32,700 nt of DNA. It comes from Methanobacteriaceae archaeon (GTDB lineage: Archaea; Methanobacteriota; Methanobacteria; Methanobacteriales; Methanobacteriaceae). Shown in pieces: positions 8,446-19,947 of this stretch. The position numbers and the translations under genes are program-made. Position 1 is the stretch's first letter, and each line of letters starts with the position of its first letter. The notes beneath the pieces were generated by a model, which was given only the letters and a program-made list of their open reading frames with translations, was not told the origin of the DNA and searched no databases. Where the stretch lies: contig WOYJ01000029.1 of assembly GCA_011620845.1 (NCBI GenBank), forward strand, positions 1 through 32,700, in the 5' to 3' direction.

Positions 8446-10464
8446 TCATACAACCTTATAATAACCCTGTTTAGGTTCGTATATGGTTCCATTCCTCTTT
8501 AAGACCCTTATAACTTCTTCAACTTTTTCTTCATCCATGTTGTACCTGTTTTCCAGTTCGTCCATCAGTATCTGTTTAGGGGCCTTGCCGTTGTACTCGT
8601 CTTCCAACCGTTTAATGGTCTCGCTAATCAGTCGGTACTTATCACGGTCTGATTTAGGTGTTCTTCCTTCCACCTTATCTATGTCCACTTTACCGGTTTC
8701 GGGATCGTAACCCACCTGTTTTAAACATTTCTGCTCCAGTGAAATGGCTCTATTGGCATCATAATCCGTAACTTCGGGGCTGAGACGGATACGGGCGCTG
8801 GCTTCAGATAGTCTGACGAGAGCTTCCAGTTGTCTGGCAGTTATAGGTACTGGTGCGTCTTCTTCATCATCCACACCACCCCTCATTCCCACATAGAACT
8901 CCTCAAGTACTCTCATGGCTTCCTGGGTTAGTTTGGGGTGTACTTCCTTCCTGGCATAGGCGATGTATTTACGCAGTAATTCCGGGTCTATCTCAAAGGG
9001 AATGGAAGTGTTTTTATGGATGCGTAGTATGTGGCCGGCTAATCTTTTATCCCGGTCGGGGTCTGGTTTATCTTCTATTACGAAGATCAGGTCGAAACGG
9101 GAAAGTATGGTTGAGGGGAGGTTGATCTGTTCTGCCGTTGGTTTGAAACGATCGAACCTTCCATATTTGGGGTTGGCCGCTGCGAGAACTGAACACCTTG
9201 AGTTAAGGGTGGCCATGATACCGGCCTTGGCTATACTGATGGTCTGCTGTTCCAGGGCTTCGTGGATGGCTGATCTGTCTTCTGGACGCATCTTATCCAG
9301 CTCATCAACACACACGTTACCCCGGTCTCCCAGTACCAGGGCTCCTGCTTCCAGGGACCATCCTCCCAGTTCATCACGCACCGCTGCCGCGGTTAGACCC
9401 ACTCCACTGGTACCTTTACCACTGGTGTAGATTCCCCTGGGCGCCAGTTTTGATACGTATTTAAGCATCTGGGATTTACCGATACCCGGGTCTCCCATGA
9501 TGAGGATGTGGATGTCACCTCTGATCCGGGTTTTATCTTCCAGTATTTTGGCGGAACCTCCAAATAGCTGTAAGGCGATGGCTTCTTTCACTTCCCGGTA
9601 ACCCTGTATAGATGGAGCTGTGGAGTTAATAATCTTCTCGTAGACCTGGGGGTCGGCTGCTAATCGTTTTATTTCTTCTTCATCCTCGGGGTCTATCTTA
9701 AGCTCCTCAAATTCCTGTTCCAGGGGTTCTATGTAGTTCCCGTAGATGTAGTTTTTGAAACGTTTGGTCTTCTCGTCCCGGACTGTTTTAAGCTGTCCAA
9801 TTATACGTACAATATCTCCTGGTGTTAATTCATCCACCAGGTCGTCTTCCAGAGTTACCACTATCTGTCTGGGCTGTTCTCCTCCAGAGAGATTTTCCAG
9901 TGGTTCTTGCAGTTTGGTGCTCTGGGTGTCCATGAACTTGGACTCTTCCTGTAAGAGCCGGAAAGATCGACCGCCACACTCCTGGCAAATCGCTGGTTCG
10001 CTTATTAGACTGCTTCTTTGGGGGATCTCGTGCAGCCTCATACAGCTTCGACATTCAAAAGTAGCGTTCACTATTCTGGGACGAATCTCGTCAGTTTTAC
10101 GTACTATGCCATCTACAGCCACGAATTTACCGATGTACTTACTCCTTAAGAATCTCAAGGGTATGTTGTTTCCTATGTTCTCAAATCGGATATTTAATTC
10201 AGCGTTCTTTCGCAGAGGATCGATGTTGCGTATAGCTTTTTGTGCCGCCTTTATAACCTCTTCAGGCTTTTCTATCAGAAGGTCGGCAAGATCTGCGTAG
10301 AACATTTCCAGATCTGTATAGTCTACCACTATGGATCTTTCATCGGGGTATTTCTCCAGGACTTCAAAGATTTTATCCTTATATTTATCACTGGAAAAAA
10401 AATCCTCAAACTTGGCTACGGAAGTTTTGGTTTTATCGGTTGCAATTTCGGCTGATGTTGGCAT
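8446..10464 (-). CDS. mcm: MCM replicative DNA helicase
   Basis: Start chosen at M15 of the track ORF (MPTSAEI...), preceded by AGGAG. Motifs present:
- N-terminal C4 zinc finger CRSC...CQECGG.
- Walker [10 protein letters not shown].
- Walker B CVDELDKM.
- Arginine finger SRFDLIF.
The length is about 672 aa, so there is no intein. Confidence 0.96.
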   Translation of the reverse strand: MPTSAEIATDKTKTSVAKFEDFFSSDKYKDKIFEVLEKYPDERSIVVDYTDLEMFYADLADLLIEKPEEVIKAAQKAIRNIDPLRKNAELNIRFENIGNNIPLRFLRSKYIGKFVAVDGIVRKTDEIRPRIVNATFECRSCMRLHEIPQRSSLISEPAICQECGGRSFRLLQEESKFMDTQSTKLQEPLENLSGGEQPRQIVVTLEDDLVDELTPGDIVRIIGQLKTVRDEKTKRFKNYIYGNYIEPLEQEFEELKIDPEDEEEIKRLAADPQVYEKIINSTAPSIQGYREVKEAIALQLFGGSAKILEDKTRIRGDIHILIMGDPGIGKSQMLKYVSKLAPRGIYTSGKGTSGVGLTAAAVRDELGGWSLEAGALVLGDRGNVCVDELDKMRPEDRSAIHEALEQQTISIAKAGIMATLNSRCSVLAAANPKYGRFDRFKPTAEQINLPSTILSRFDLIFVIEDKPDPDRDKRLAGHILRIHKNTSIPFEIDPELLRKYIAYARKEVHPKLTQEAMRVLEEFYVGMRGGVDDEEDAPVPITARQLEALVRLSEASARIRLSPEVTDYDANRAISLEQKCLKQVGYDPETGKVDIDKVEGRTPKSDRDKYRLISETIKRLEDEYNGKAPKQILMDELENRYNMDEEKVEEVIRVLKRNGTIYEPKQGYYKVV

Positions 10465-10548
10465 AAAAAAGTTACTCCTACAAAAATAATATGGGTCACT
10501 AAACAATAAATGTAATGGTGACTTTTAAGTACTCCTATGTAAATCATC

Positions 10549-10585
10549 AAATAATATATCTAGAACCAAAATAATATATCTAGAA
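10549..10585. repeat. two perfect copies of AAATAATATATCTAGAA spaced 20 nt apart in the mcm / 10666-ORF divergent intergenic region
   Basis: Copies lie at 10549-10565 and 10569-10585, and each contains the TCTAGA palindrome. Confidence 0.8.
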
Positions 10586-10665
10586 AATCTTATATTAGAT
10601 GATTACAAATAATAATAAGTTTTTTATCTTATTAAAGTATATGTATAATTATTTGAGGTAGTAAA

Positions 10666-11100
10666 TTGAGAAGATCACGTTTGAATTTATTTAAGGCCAC
10701 ATCCATGACCATATCTGTTCTGGGGATTATCATGGTAATCATCACCATCGGAATAATAGGTTATCTGGTTTTTGATACTTTATCATCAACCATTTCAACT
10801 GATGTGGGTAGTGGTTCGGATTATGACAAATTAGCTGCCTTAAAATCAGATTATAATAACCTCAATAATCAGTTTGTGGAAACCAAGTTGCAAATCGAGA
10901 AGATGAACAACATAAATGCCACTATGGCCTATGATAAAGCAGAACTGGAATTAATCCGGGCTCAATCAGATATAAATGATGTGGAAAGTGCTATCAATTC
11001 CAGGAAATCATCTGACGAAGTGAAAAATAGGATAAAACTCGCACAGGATCAGCTGGGGGTTGCTGATCAGGCGCTCCGAGATCTACAAGCTAAATATTGA
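10666..11100 (+). CDS. hypothetical membrane-anchored coiled-coil protein
   Basis: The TTG start at 10666 lies 6 nt after GAGGT (10655-10659). One N-terminal TM segment (ISVLGIIMVIITIGIIGYLVF) is followed by a heptad-like, Q/N/K/E-rich region. Confidence 0.55.
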   Translation: MRRSRLNLFKATSMTISVLGIIMVIITIGIIGYLVFDTLSSTISTDVGSGSDYDKLAALKSDYNNLNNQFVETKLQIEKMNNINATMAYDKAELELIRAQSDINDVESAINSRKSSDEVKNRIKLAQDQLGVADQALRDLQAKY

Positions 11101-11146
11101 AAGTAACAGCTAAATATTGAAGGCTGCAGGCTAAATATTGAAGGCC
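11087..11146. repeat. three copies of GCTAAATATTGAA at 20-21 nt spacing; the first is the stop-codon region of the 10666 ORF
   Basis: Copies lie at 11089-11101, 11109-11121 and 11130-11142, in the conserved context CA(A/G)GCTAAATATTGAA(A/G)G. Confidence 0.85.
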
Positions 11147-11258
11147 AGTAATTATTGTATCATAAGCAACGTGGATAGTTAAAAAAAAAACTCGTAATCA
11201 AGATTTCTTCACATTTTTCGATTTAATTTATATATAGCGAATTAACATATGGTGTTGC

Positions 11259-12389
11259 ATGACTGTTACGAAAAAGCATCTCATGGAAGTAGACCTGATA
11301 AAGGGTCTGGCCATAATATCTGTTGTACTGGTCCACTGCCTTCCCTATAATGATGCTTTCATGACTTTGAGGATGTTCACCTTTTCCATGGCCCTTTTAA
11401 TTTTCATGCTGCTTATGGGCCGTAATATGTACGCATCATTTGAAAAACATAACTACATGGAGAATGGTTTTCATGCACTAAATTACTTAAAAAACAGGTT
11501 GGTACGATTTTTATATCCATTCATCCCTGTATTTGTGATTTCCATTATTCTGGGATTGTTAACTAACCAGGATCTTTATTTCGGACTTTATACTCTGGTA
11601 GGCTACCTTCCATTGCCCGGGCCAGGTAACTACTTCGTAACGGTGCTCTTACAGTTTATAATAATATTCCCTCTTTTATACCTGGCTTACAAGCGATATC
11701 CACGTTTAACTTTAATTGCAACCTTTGCTATAAGCTTACTATTTGAGTTAATATCCCCCTATATTAGCGCATTAAATGCAGATGCATACATATACTACGC
11801 TAACATTTTAAGGTACCTGTTCGTGATTACTTTAGGATTATGGGTTCTGGAAGCCTTTGAACCAACAAAGAGAATCAGATCAAACCGGGAATCAGCCATA
11901 GTATTGATTGGACTGGTAGTAGGGGTTATCTATATGGTTGCCTTTGGAATTTTCCACTGGGAAGTTCCATTTTTCAACACCTTCTGGGGCACTGAATACC
12001 CCACACTAGGATCCTACGTGGTTATAGTGGCATTTTATCCATTAGTACTTTACATGCTGGCCTACAGGATTTTACCATCTAATTCCGGAAACAAAATCAT
12101 TAAGTTCATTGCCTATGTGGGGAAAGCTTCTTACCATGTATTCCTGGTTCAGATACTGTTTTTCGCTGTATTCTACAATCCCTACGCTACGATTTTCCAG
12201 TCTGGATTATTCGATCCAGTGACCAGTGGAATAATCTCCATAGTGGTAAGTCTAGTAGTGACCCTACCTCTGGGGGTTCTGTTCTATAAATATGAATACG
12301 TCTTCGATAACCTACTGGATCGACTGTTCCGGATAAAAAAGGAAGATTCAGATTTAACGAGTGATAGAAGTCTGAAAAAACAGAATTAA
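11259..12389 (+). CDS. acyltransferase family 3 (OafA/YrhL-like) integral membrane protein
   Basis: 376 aa with about 10 TM segments. The N-terminal signature DLIKGLAIISVVLVHC, with a conserved His, is typical of acyltransferase_3 proteins. Confidence 0.72.
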   Translation: MTVTKKHLMEVDLIKGLAIISVVLVHCLPYNDAFMTLRMFTFSMALLIFMLLMGRNMYASFEKHNYMENGFHALNYLKNRLVRFLYPFIPVFVISIILGLLTNQDLYFGLYTLVGYLPLPGPGNYFVTVLLQFIIIFPLLYLAYKRYPRLTLIATFAISLLFELISPYISALNADAYIYYANILRYLFVITLGLWVLEAFEPTKRIRSNRESAIVLIGLVVGVIYMVAFGIFHWEVPFFNTFWGTEYPTLGSYVVIVAFYPLVLYMLAYRILPSNSGNKIIKFIAYVGKASYHVFLVQILFFAVFYNPYATIFQSGLFDPVTSGIISIVVSLVVTLPLGVLFYKYEYVFDNLLDRLFRIKKEDSDLTSDRSLKKQN

Positions 12390-12445
12390 AAATTATTCTT
12401 TACTTAATTGAATCCCTGCAGAATTAAGAGAATTAAGATTATACA

Positions 12446-13037
12446 CTATCTTCTGGCTATCACATACATCTCCACACTCTTCTTCCTGGAGGAGGGTGGT
12501 TTGGTTGTTTTCACCGTTTTAAATTCCTTTTTAATCTCTTTCAAGAGGTTTTCAAATTCTTCTCCCTGGAAGGCCTTCATGATTAAACTGCCATGGGGTT
12601 TTAAAATCGACCCTGAAATCTTAAGCACACCCAGGGCCAGATCCAGGGCGCGTACTTGATCCACATCCTTCACTCCGCTGAGCTGGGGAGAGGCGTCTGA
12701 AAGGATGACGTCAACTTTCCTGCCTGTAGTTTCAAGTATCTGGTTTAAGGTTTCTTCTCGAGTAAAGTCTCCCATGATCCCGATGAAGTTATCGCCGTCT
12801 ATGGGTTTGATCCTCTGCAGGTCAACTCCCACCACCAGACCTTCTTCCCCTACCTTTTCCAGGGCGACCTGGGACCATCCCCCGGGAGCGGCTCCCAGGT
12901 CAAGGACGATATCTCCCTTCTGGATGATATTGAATTTATTGTTGAGTTGGAGCAGTTTATAGGAGGCCCGGGAGTGGTAGCTCTCCTTTTTAGCCATCTT
13001 ATAGTAGGGTTCCTCCTTTCTCTCCTTGTTCCACTTT

Positions 13038-13045
<8 letters not shown>
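12446..13045 (-). CDS. rlmE: 23S rRNA (uridine-2'-O)-methyltransferase RlmE/FtsJ
   Basis: [13 protein letters not shown]..., SAM motif [23 protein letters not shown], and the KxF/KP motifs of the FtsJ family. It overlaps the upstream gene by 8 nt, which suggests an operon. Confidence 0.9.
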
Positions 13046-13571
<526 letters not shown>

Positions 13572-13742
13572 CTAATTTGATACTCCTCTTTTGAATATTG
13601 AAATATATCTTTAATTGGGATATCCTTCATATAATATACATATTTTATATACATCGTTGATAATATTGTAAAGATTATCGAAATATCAATTTTATTGAAC
13701 TTTAAGTTTTTATAAAAAATTTTATTATTATGAGTGATCATC

Positions 13743-15863
13743 ATGCATGAGGTAATCATATGTGAAAAACCAAGGACGTCCGAGAGGATATCAGCTGCTC
13801 TGCCTGGTAAAGTAGAAAAAAAGAACTATAGAAGGATCCCTTACTATGAAGTGGAAAATAACGGGAAAAAAACCACAGTTCTGGCTGCAGTTGGCCACCT
13901 ATACTCTTTAGCACCTAAAAACAGGAAGAAAAAGAAGTTCGACCTGGAATGGGTGCCTCTTTATGAAAGGGATAAATCAAAGAAGTACATCAAAAGTTAC
14001 GTGGATGCCATAAAGAAACTTTCCAAAGACGCTGATAGATTTGTACATGCCTGCGATTACGACATAGAAGGAACACTCATTGGTTACAACGTCCTGAAAT
14101 ATGCCTGCGGCCAGGATAGTCTGGACAACACGGTGAGGATGAAGTTCTCCACCCTCACCGATGAGGATATACTGGAAGCCTATGAAAATCCCATCAACCT
14201 GGACATCAATCAGGTGGATAGTGGAATTGCCCGGCACGTGCTTGACTTTATCTTCGGAGTGAACATTTCCAAGTACCTCACCGATGCAGTTATGAAATCC
14301 ACCAAGAGGTACATCCAGCTATCTGCCGGCAGAGTACAGACACCTACACTGGCCATACTGGTCGACCGGGAGAAGGAAATCGGCACATTTATCCCAGAAC
14401 CCTACTGGAACATCAAAGCATATCTGGAAGGAGACATCATAGCCGACCATAAGAAGGGTAAGATCTTCAAAAGAGAGGATGTAGATGAAATCCTGGTAGA
14501 TTGTAAGGATAAAGACGCCCAGGTTTCCAAGATCGAACTTAAAACTTCCAAAAAGATCCCACCATTTCCCTTCGATCTGGGATCCCTGCAGTCAGAGGCT
14601 TACTCCCTATTCGGTTTCAGCCCTAAAAAGACCCAGCAAATAGCCCAGAACTTATATTCAGAGGGTTACACTTCTTATCCACGTACATCTTCCCAGAAAC
14701 TCCCTAAAAGCATAGGTTACGATAAGATTCTTAAAAAACTCTCGGGTAACGCTGCCTTTAGAAAATCCATCCAGAAACTCAAGCAGCCATATAAGCCACG
14801 TGAAGGTAAGAAAAAGGATGAAGCACACCCATCCATACACCCCACTGGAGTTCTGCCTAAAAAGCTGGGTAGAGATTATCAGAAACTTTACGAACTCATA
14901 GCCTACCGATTTATAAGTGTTTTTGGTGAAGATGCACTGGTAGAGACCATGAAGACAAACCTGGAGATAGGAAAGCAACCCTTCACCTTCACCAGGAAGA
15001 GAACGGCTAAACTGGGATGGCAGGAGCAGTACCCCTTCAGGAGCGTGGAAAACGATGAATTCCCTGACATCCAGGAAGGTGATAAGCTGAAGAGTGAGGT
15101 TAAAGATGAGGAAAAAGAAACCAAACCTCCAGCGCGTTATAATCAGGCTTCTTTAATACGGGAATTAGAAAAAAGGGGACTGGGAACTAAATCCACCCGT
15201 GCTAATATCATATCGATCCTTTACGATAGAAAGTATGTGGAAGGAAAGAAGATAAAGGTTAACGTACTGGGAAAACAGCTTATAGACACCCTGGTGAAGT
15301 ATTCCCAGAAGATAACCAGTGAAGAATTAACTAGGGAGTTTGAAACCAAACTCGAAAATATACAGAAGGGTAAAACCCAGAAAGAAAATATTATAGAGGA
15401 ATATAAAACAGAAATAAGCTCTATTCTGGATGATATTGAGGAAAACAAACTCAAAATTGGTGAAGAATTGTATAAAGCTTACCGGAAGAGTATGATCGTC
15501 GGTGAGTGTAAATGCGGTAAAAACCTGATCCTCATCAGTTCACGTCAGGAAAACTCCTTCGTTGGCTGTTCTGGATATCCAGAATGTAAAAATACCTATT
15601 CACTACCCAGGGGGGCAACCATCCTCAAGACGAAGTGTGAGGAATGCGGACTCCCCATGATATCCTTTGGAAAACCCAGACAGAGGGCCTGCCTGGATCC
15701 TAAGTGTGGTAAAGAGGATCAGGAACCATCCAATGAAGTGGTGGGTGAATGCCCAGAATGTGGCAGTGAACTTATTAAAAGATCTGGACGCTTCGGAGAA
15801 TTTATAGGCTGTAGAGGATTCCCTAAATGTCGTTACACCAGATCGATAGAAGAGAATGTTTGA
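13743..15863 (+). CDS. topA: type IA DNA topoisomerase with three C-terminal zinc ribbons
   Basis: It has the Toprim start [10 protein letters not shown] and the active-site tyrosine context [12 protein letters not shown]. The C-terminus carries CKCG...CSGYPEC, CEECG...CLDPKCG and CPECG...CRGFPKC. The track ORF begins at GTG 13734. I prefer ATG 13743, about 25-30 nt after the TATA-like TTTTTATAAAAAA (13707-13719). Confidence 0.92.
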   Translation: MHEVIICEKPRTSERISAALPGKVEKKNYRRIPYYEVENNGKKTTVLAAVGHLYSLAPKNRKKKKFDLEWVPLYERDKSKKYIKSYVDAIKKLSKDADRFVHACDYDIEGTLIGYNVLKYACGQDSLDNTVRMKFSTLTDEDILEAYENPINLDINQVDSGIARHVLDFIFGVNISKYLTDAVMKSTKRYIQLSAGRVQTPTLAILVDREKEIGTFIPEPYWNIKAYLEGDIIADHKKGKIFKREDVDEILVDCKDKDAQVSKIELKTSKKIPPFPFDLGSLQSEAYSLFGFSPKKTQQIAQNLYSEGYTSYPRTSSQKLPKSIGYDKILKKLSGNAAFRKSIQKLKQPYKPREGKKKDEAHPSIHPTGVLPKKLGRDYQKLYELIAYRFISVFGEDALVETMKTNLEIGKQPFTFTRKRTAKLGWQEQYPFRSVENDEFPDIQEGDKLKSEVKDEEKETKPPARYNQASLIRELEKRGLGTKSTRANIISILYDRKYVEGKKIKVNVLGKQLIDTLVKYSQKITSEELTREFETKLENIQKGKTQKENIIEEYKTEISSILDDIEENKLKIGEELYKAYRKSMIVGECKCGKNLILISSRQENSFVGCSGYPECKNTYSLPRGATILKTKCEECGLPMISFGKPRQRACLDPKCGKEDQEPSNEVVGECPECGSELIKRSGRFGEFIGCRGFPKCRYTRSIEENV

Positions 15864-15943
15864 TTTAGAAGAGAATATCTGATTAATGGAAGAAAATATT
15901 TGATTAAGAAAATGTTTGATTAATAGAAGAAAATCTGATACTA
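15848..15943. repeat. five degenerate tandem copies (17-22 nt) of GAAGA(G/A)AAT-NTNTGATTA, beginning inside the last codons and stop of topA
   Basis: The copies are agaagagaatgtttgattt, agaagagaatatctgattaatg, gaagaaaatatttgattaa, gaaaatgtttgattaat and agaagaaaatctgatacta. Confidence 0.75.
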
Positions 15944-16160
15944 AAGAGATGGTAGCTTATACTTAAATAGAAGGGGAAAGTCTGATATTAAACTAAAAGA
16001 TAATCATACCGATTTAAGTATCAAACTCATTTTTCCTGATTATTTGGGTGATTTTGTAATATGGTGATTTACATTGGGGTTTAAATTTGGAAAATCCATA
16101 AATATAAGTTCATATTAGGTATAATCAAATTAGAAGTATAAAAAATACCGAGGCCATTTC

Positions 16161-18659
16161 ATGAATCGAAGTCAAATCCTACCAAAAATTAAACCATTAA
16201 TCATCATTATCGTACTATTTCTACTGGTCTTTTCCCTGAGAGCAGAAGCAGTGAACTTATCAGCCATCCCGGATGATATGAAAGCTCTCTATCAGGATGA
16301 CGGTGGACTGCCCTATTTCAGTGAAGTGGACTCCTATTTTAACTACAGGATGACAGAGGACGTACTGGATCATGGCTACATGGGTGATACCAAGATAAAT
16401 GGTACAAACTGGGATCTGCATTCCTACTTCCCACCCGGTAAAGAAATGTCTTATACTCCTTTAATTGCATATCTTACGGCGTTTATCTACCTGTTCGTTA
16501 ACATATTCTCTAATGTGCCCTTAACTAATGTGGTCTTTTGGACAGGAGCTTTTGTAGCGTCATTGGCTGTTATACCAGCTTACCTTTTCATAAGGAGGAT
16601 TACCAATGATTATGGTGGAATAACAGCAGGTGCACTGGTTGGATTGGCACCCTTCTATTTCTCACACACCTTCGCCGGATTTTTCGACACAGACATGTTC
16701 AACATGTTACTGCCTATACTGATAGTATGGTTCTTTATAGAAAGCCTAAGAGCAGATAATTTGAAAAACAGATCTATTTTTGCCGTATTATCTGCAGTTT
16801 CAATGCTATTATTTTCACTGGCATGGCAGGGATGGATCTACATCTTCTACTTACTCATCGTGACTGTCGTTGTTTATTTGCTGGTTTCCAAGTATCTGTT
16901 TGGTTATAAAACTTTTAATAAACCTGGAGATTATGGTAGTATAAAGGAATGGTTCATTAATCAACCAGTAATTTCTGCACTGGTTGTATTTGTTGTTTTA
17001 AGTTCAATACTGGTGATAATTACCAGTGGACCATCTAGTTTCGCATCATCTCTTCTGGGACCTTTAGGATTCACCCAGATTCAATCATCTGTTCAGGTGG
17101 CATCCGCCTATCCTAACGTCTATGTTTCTGTTGGAGAACTTCAGGTACCCGATAGTGCCCTGAGTGCTATAAATAATGCTGGCGGACTAGTCGTCTTTAT
17201 ATTCGGTTTACTGGCTGTTTTCTTACTATTCCTGCGTATGATGATAGGTAAGAAGGAAGTTCAAACCAAGGCCAAAGAAGTCGAAAGTGAGAAAACAACC
17301 AAAACTCGCAAAAAAAGGAAAAAACGAAGAAGGAAGAGTAAACCAAAAGCTCAAGAAAAAGCCAAGGAAACCCAGAAAAAATACATAATCCCACAGTTAA
17401 ATGAGTTCGAGAAGAAAAATTACCTCTTTTATGCCGTACTCATGTTTATATGGATTATAACAACTGCATATCTCCTTACTAAGGGTGTAAGATTTTCAGA
17501 ACTCTTTGCACTGCCTGTAGCTTTATCGGCAGGTATATTTGTAGGGCTTATGCTGGAATATGTAAAAGCCTACGTGCCAAATAACAAATTACAGACTGTA
17601 GTGATGGTAGTATTAATTGCAGCAGCTGTGTTTGCCCCAATTTCCAGTGGATATGCTATATCCTCCAGTGTGGTTCCGGGAACCAGTGATCCTATGATAC
17701 TGTCCCTGAACTGGATAAAAAATAATACCTCTCCAGATACGGTGATAACATCCTGGTGGGATTACGGACACCTCTTTACCGCCGTAGCTGATCGGCCAGT
17801 GACATTTGATGGATCGACCCAGAATAACCTCAGGGCTTACTGGGTAGGGAAGTCGCTTACCACCAATAATGAAACATTATCTGCAGGTATACTCACAATG
17901 CTGAGTACCACTGGTGATTCAGGCCCTAACACTGTAGAGCTTTACACCAATGACACAGGCAAAAGCGTTGAAATACTGACCAGCATTTTAGGCGTGGATA
18001 AAGCTACGGCAACAACCATCTTAACTACTAATTATGGTTTAACTGCTGAACAGGCCCAGAACATAACCCAGTATACCCATCCAGACAATCCATCACCAAA
18101 TGTGCTCATAACCAGTTCCGATATGCTGGGTAAGGCTGTCTGGTGGTCGTACTTTGCTAACTGGAATTTCCAGACCAACAACAGTACAGGATACAGTTAT
18201 TTGGAAGGTCAGGCCATGATCATTCCTAACAATGAAACTGGACTGGGCAACGATACCACCGTCCTCATTGCCAACAACGCAGTGTTTGCACATATAACTG
18301 GCAACAACGTATCTGCTGGTATCATCAACATAAATGAATTACAGAATCAAAATAAGACTACTCCACAGCTCGTAAACGATCTTATAACCGGGTTACAGGG
18401 TAACAGCACCCTTATTGTAAAACCCCACAGGCTGACCGTGATGGTAAATGACACCATCGTCCAGAATGACATAGTCTCTGAGGACGCCATTTACTCCATT
18501 GCACTGGTAAATGACAAAGGAACCTTAATGACTTATATATATAGCAAGGAGCTGGAAGATTCCATGTTCACCAAACTATACGTATTCCGGGGACAGAACT
18601 TGACCCAGTTCAATTTAGCCTATGAGCAGCCAGGAGTAATGGTCTGGAACGTAGTATAA
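16161..18659 (+). CDS. aglB: dolichyl-phosphooligosaccharide-protein glycotransferase AglB (STT3 family)
   Basis: 832 aa, with a multi-TM N-terminal half, the catalytic WWDYGH motif (TSWWDYGHLF) and a large soluble C-terminal domain rich in N-x-S/T sequons. Confidence 0.9.
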   Translation: MNRSQILPKIKPLIIIIVLFLLVFSLRAEAVNLSAIPDDMKALYQDDGGLPYFSEVDSYFNYRMTEDVLDHGYMGDTKINGTNWDLHSYFPPGKEMSYTPLIAYLTAFIYLFVNIFSNVPLTNVVFWTGAFVASLAVIPAYLFIRRITNDYGGITAGALVGLAPFYFSHTFAGFFDTDMFNMLLPILIVWFFIESLRADNLKNRSIFAVLSAVSMLLFSLAWQGWIYIFYLLIVTVVVYLLVSKYLFGYKTFNKPGDYGSIKEWFINQPVISALVVFVVLSSILVIITSGPSSFASSLLGPLGFTQIQSSVQVASAYPNVYVSVGELQVPDSALSAINNAGGLVVFIFGLLAVFLLFLRMMIGKKEVQTKAKEVESEKTTKTRKKRKKRRRKSKPKAQEKAKETQKKYIIPQLNEFEKKNYLFYAVLMFIWIITTAYLLTKGVRFSELFALPVALSAGIFVGLMLEYVKAYVPNNKLQTVVMVVLIAAAVFAPISSGYAISSSVVPGTSDPMILSLNWIKNNTSPDTVITSWWDYGHLFTAVADRPVTFDGSTQNNLRAYWVGKSLTTNNETLSAGILTMLSTTGDSGPNTVELYTNDTGKSVEILTSILGVDKATATTILTTNYGLTAEQAQNITQYTHPDNPSPNVLITSSDMLGKAVWWSYFANWNFQTNNSTGYSYLEGQAMIIPNNETGLGNDTTVLIANNAVFAHITGNNVSAGIININELQNQNKTTPQLVNDLITGLQGNSTLIVKPHRLTVMVNDTIVQNDIVSEDAIYSIALVNDKGTLMTYIYSKELEDSMFTKLYVFRGQNLTQFNLAYEQPGVMVWNVV

Positions 18660-18679
18660 AACCCCCATACTACTTCTCC

Positions 18680-18692
18680 TTTTTCATTTTTT
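18680..18692 (+). terminator. T5 and T6 tracts downstream of aglB
   Basis: cctttttcattttttg begins about 20 nt after the aglB stop. Confidence 0.35.
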
Positions 18693-18812
18693 GTTAAAAT
18701 TCAGAGGGTGTTCTCGTAATTTTTTTATGTCAATTAAAATACAATTAATATCATAAATAAAAGATAGATTCTACTCTAAAACTAGAATTGAATTTAATTT
18801 TATGTGAATTTT

Positions 18813-19907
18813 ATGGCTGTAGATGATAGAATAAAGAAGATAGAGGAAGAAATCCAGAAAACCCCCTACAACAAAGCAACATCCCATCATATAGGGAAAC
18901 TTAAAGCTAAACTTTCCCGACTGAAGGAGGAATCACTTCAAAGGAGCAATTCCGGGGCTAAAGGTAAGGGTTTCCATATTAAAAAAAGTGGAGACTCCAC
19001 CGTAGTTCTGGTAGGGTTCCCTTCCGTGGGGAAATCCACCATACTAAACCAGCTTACCAATGCCGAGTCCAAGATCGGGGAATACGAATTCACCACTCTG
19101 GAAATCATTCCGGGCATAATGGAGTATAAAGGGGCTAAAATACAGATCTTCGATATTCCCGGGATAATCACCGGTGCCTCGAAGGGTAAAGGAAGGGGAA
19201 AAGAGATACTCTCCGTATCCCGGAATGCAGATTTGATAGTGGTGGTATTAGACGTGTTCAACCCCCAGCACATGCAGGTAATACTCGATGAACTTAGAAA
19301 TATAGGGATAAGACCCAACGAATCAGTACCCGATGTCACTGTAAAAAGGAGGAAGATGGGTGGAATCAACCTATCATCAACCATTCCTCTTACTAAAATA
19401 GATGATAGAACCATAAGATCCATCCTGAATGAATACGGTATACACAGTGCCGATGTACTCATCCGGGATGATGTAAACATCGACCAGTTCATCGATTCAC
19501 TGGACACCAACTGCCGGTACGTCCCCATGTTACTGGTGGTAAATAAAATAGACCTGGCAGATGAAGAATACCTTCAAAAATTAAAATCTGAATTACCAGA
19601 TGCCATATACGTTGCCGCAGACCAGGGGTACCACATGGATCTCCTACGGGAGAAAATATTCCAGCAACTGGAACTTATAAGGATCTACCTCAAACCCCAG
19701 GGACGTAAAGCAGATCTGGAAGAACCCCTGATCGTAAGAAAGGGTTCCACGGTGGAAGAGGTGGCCTTGAGGTTACACCGTGACTTCGTGCGGAACTTTC
19801 GCCAGGCACGGGTGTGGGGGTCCTCAGTGAAGTTTCCTGGCCAGAAAGTGGGACTGGAACACCACCTGCAGGACCAGGATGTGCTCCGGATAATCATAAA
19901 GAAATGA
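18813..19907 (+). CDS. DRG/OBG-like GTPase with C-terminal TGS domain
   Basis: G1 [10 protein letters not shown]3 DIPG, G4 NKID, and a C-terminal TGS-like region (IYLKPQG...[18 protein letters not shown]). The ATG at 18813 is preferred over the GTG at 18804 used by the track. Confidence 0.9.
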   Translation: MAVDDRIKKIEEEIQKTPYNKATSHHIGKLKAKLSRLKEESLQRSNSGAKGKGFHIKKSGDSTVVLVGFPSVGKSTILNQLTNAESKIGEYEFTTLEIIPGIMEYKGAKIQIFDIPGIITGASKGKGRGKEILSVSRNADLIVVVLDVFNPQHMQVILDELRNIGIRPNESVPDVTVKRRKMGGINLSSTIPLTKIDDRTIRSILNEYGIHSADVLIRDDVNIDQFIDSLDTNCRYVPMLLVVNKIDLADEEYLQKLKSELPDAIYVAADQGYHMDLLREKIFQQLELIRIYLKPQGRKADLEEPLIVRKGSTVEEVALRLHRDFVRNFRQARVWGSSVKFPGQKVGLEHHLQDQDVLRIIIKK

Positions 19908-19947
19908 TCAAGCAATTTTAATTAGACGATGAATAATATAGTAATAG

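Noticed and set aside
8483-10455. Five plus-strand ORFs (75-181 aa) inside the mcm locus.
   Set aside because: They are antisense shadows of a strongly conserved helicase gene. Their composition is Ser/Leu/Arg-rich and I recognise no motifs.
10507-10665. A possible replication origin next to mcm, suggested by an AT-rich spacer with direct repeats.
   Set aside because: There is no Orc1/Cdc6 gene in the window. I could not recognise ORB or mini-ORB-like elements or a G-string. Two 17-mers in a divergent promoter are more simply explained as operator sites.
12408-12659. An 83-aa plus-strand ORF downstream of the acyltransferase gene.
   Set aside because: It overlaps the 3' part of rlmE on the opposite strand, and rlmE is supported by FtsJ-family motifs.
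18938-19528. A 196-aa minus-strand ORF opposite the DRG GTPase gene. Similar antisense ORFs lie in rfcS, rfcL, thi4, topA, tyrS and the permease (for example 24705..25064 and 20256..20675).
   Set aside because: Each is fully contained in a well-supported gene on the other strand. They have no RBS or motifs and show typical shadow-ORF composition.
19908-19947. A TPP riboswitch upstream of thi4.
   Set aside because: The spacer is only about 40 nt and AT-rich. That is far too short for the thi-box fold.
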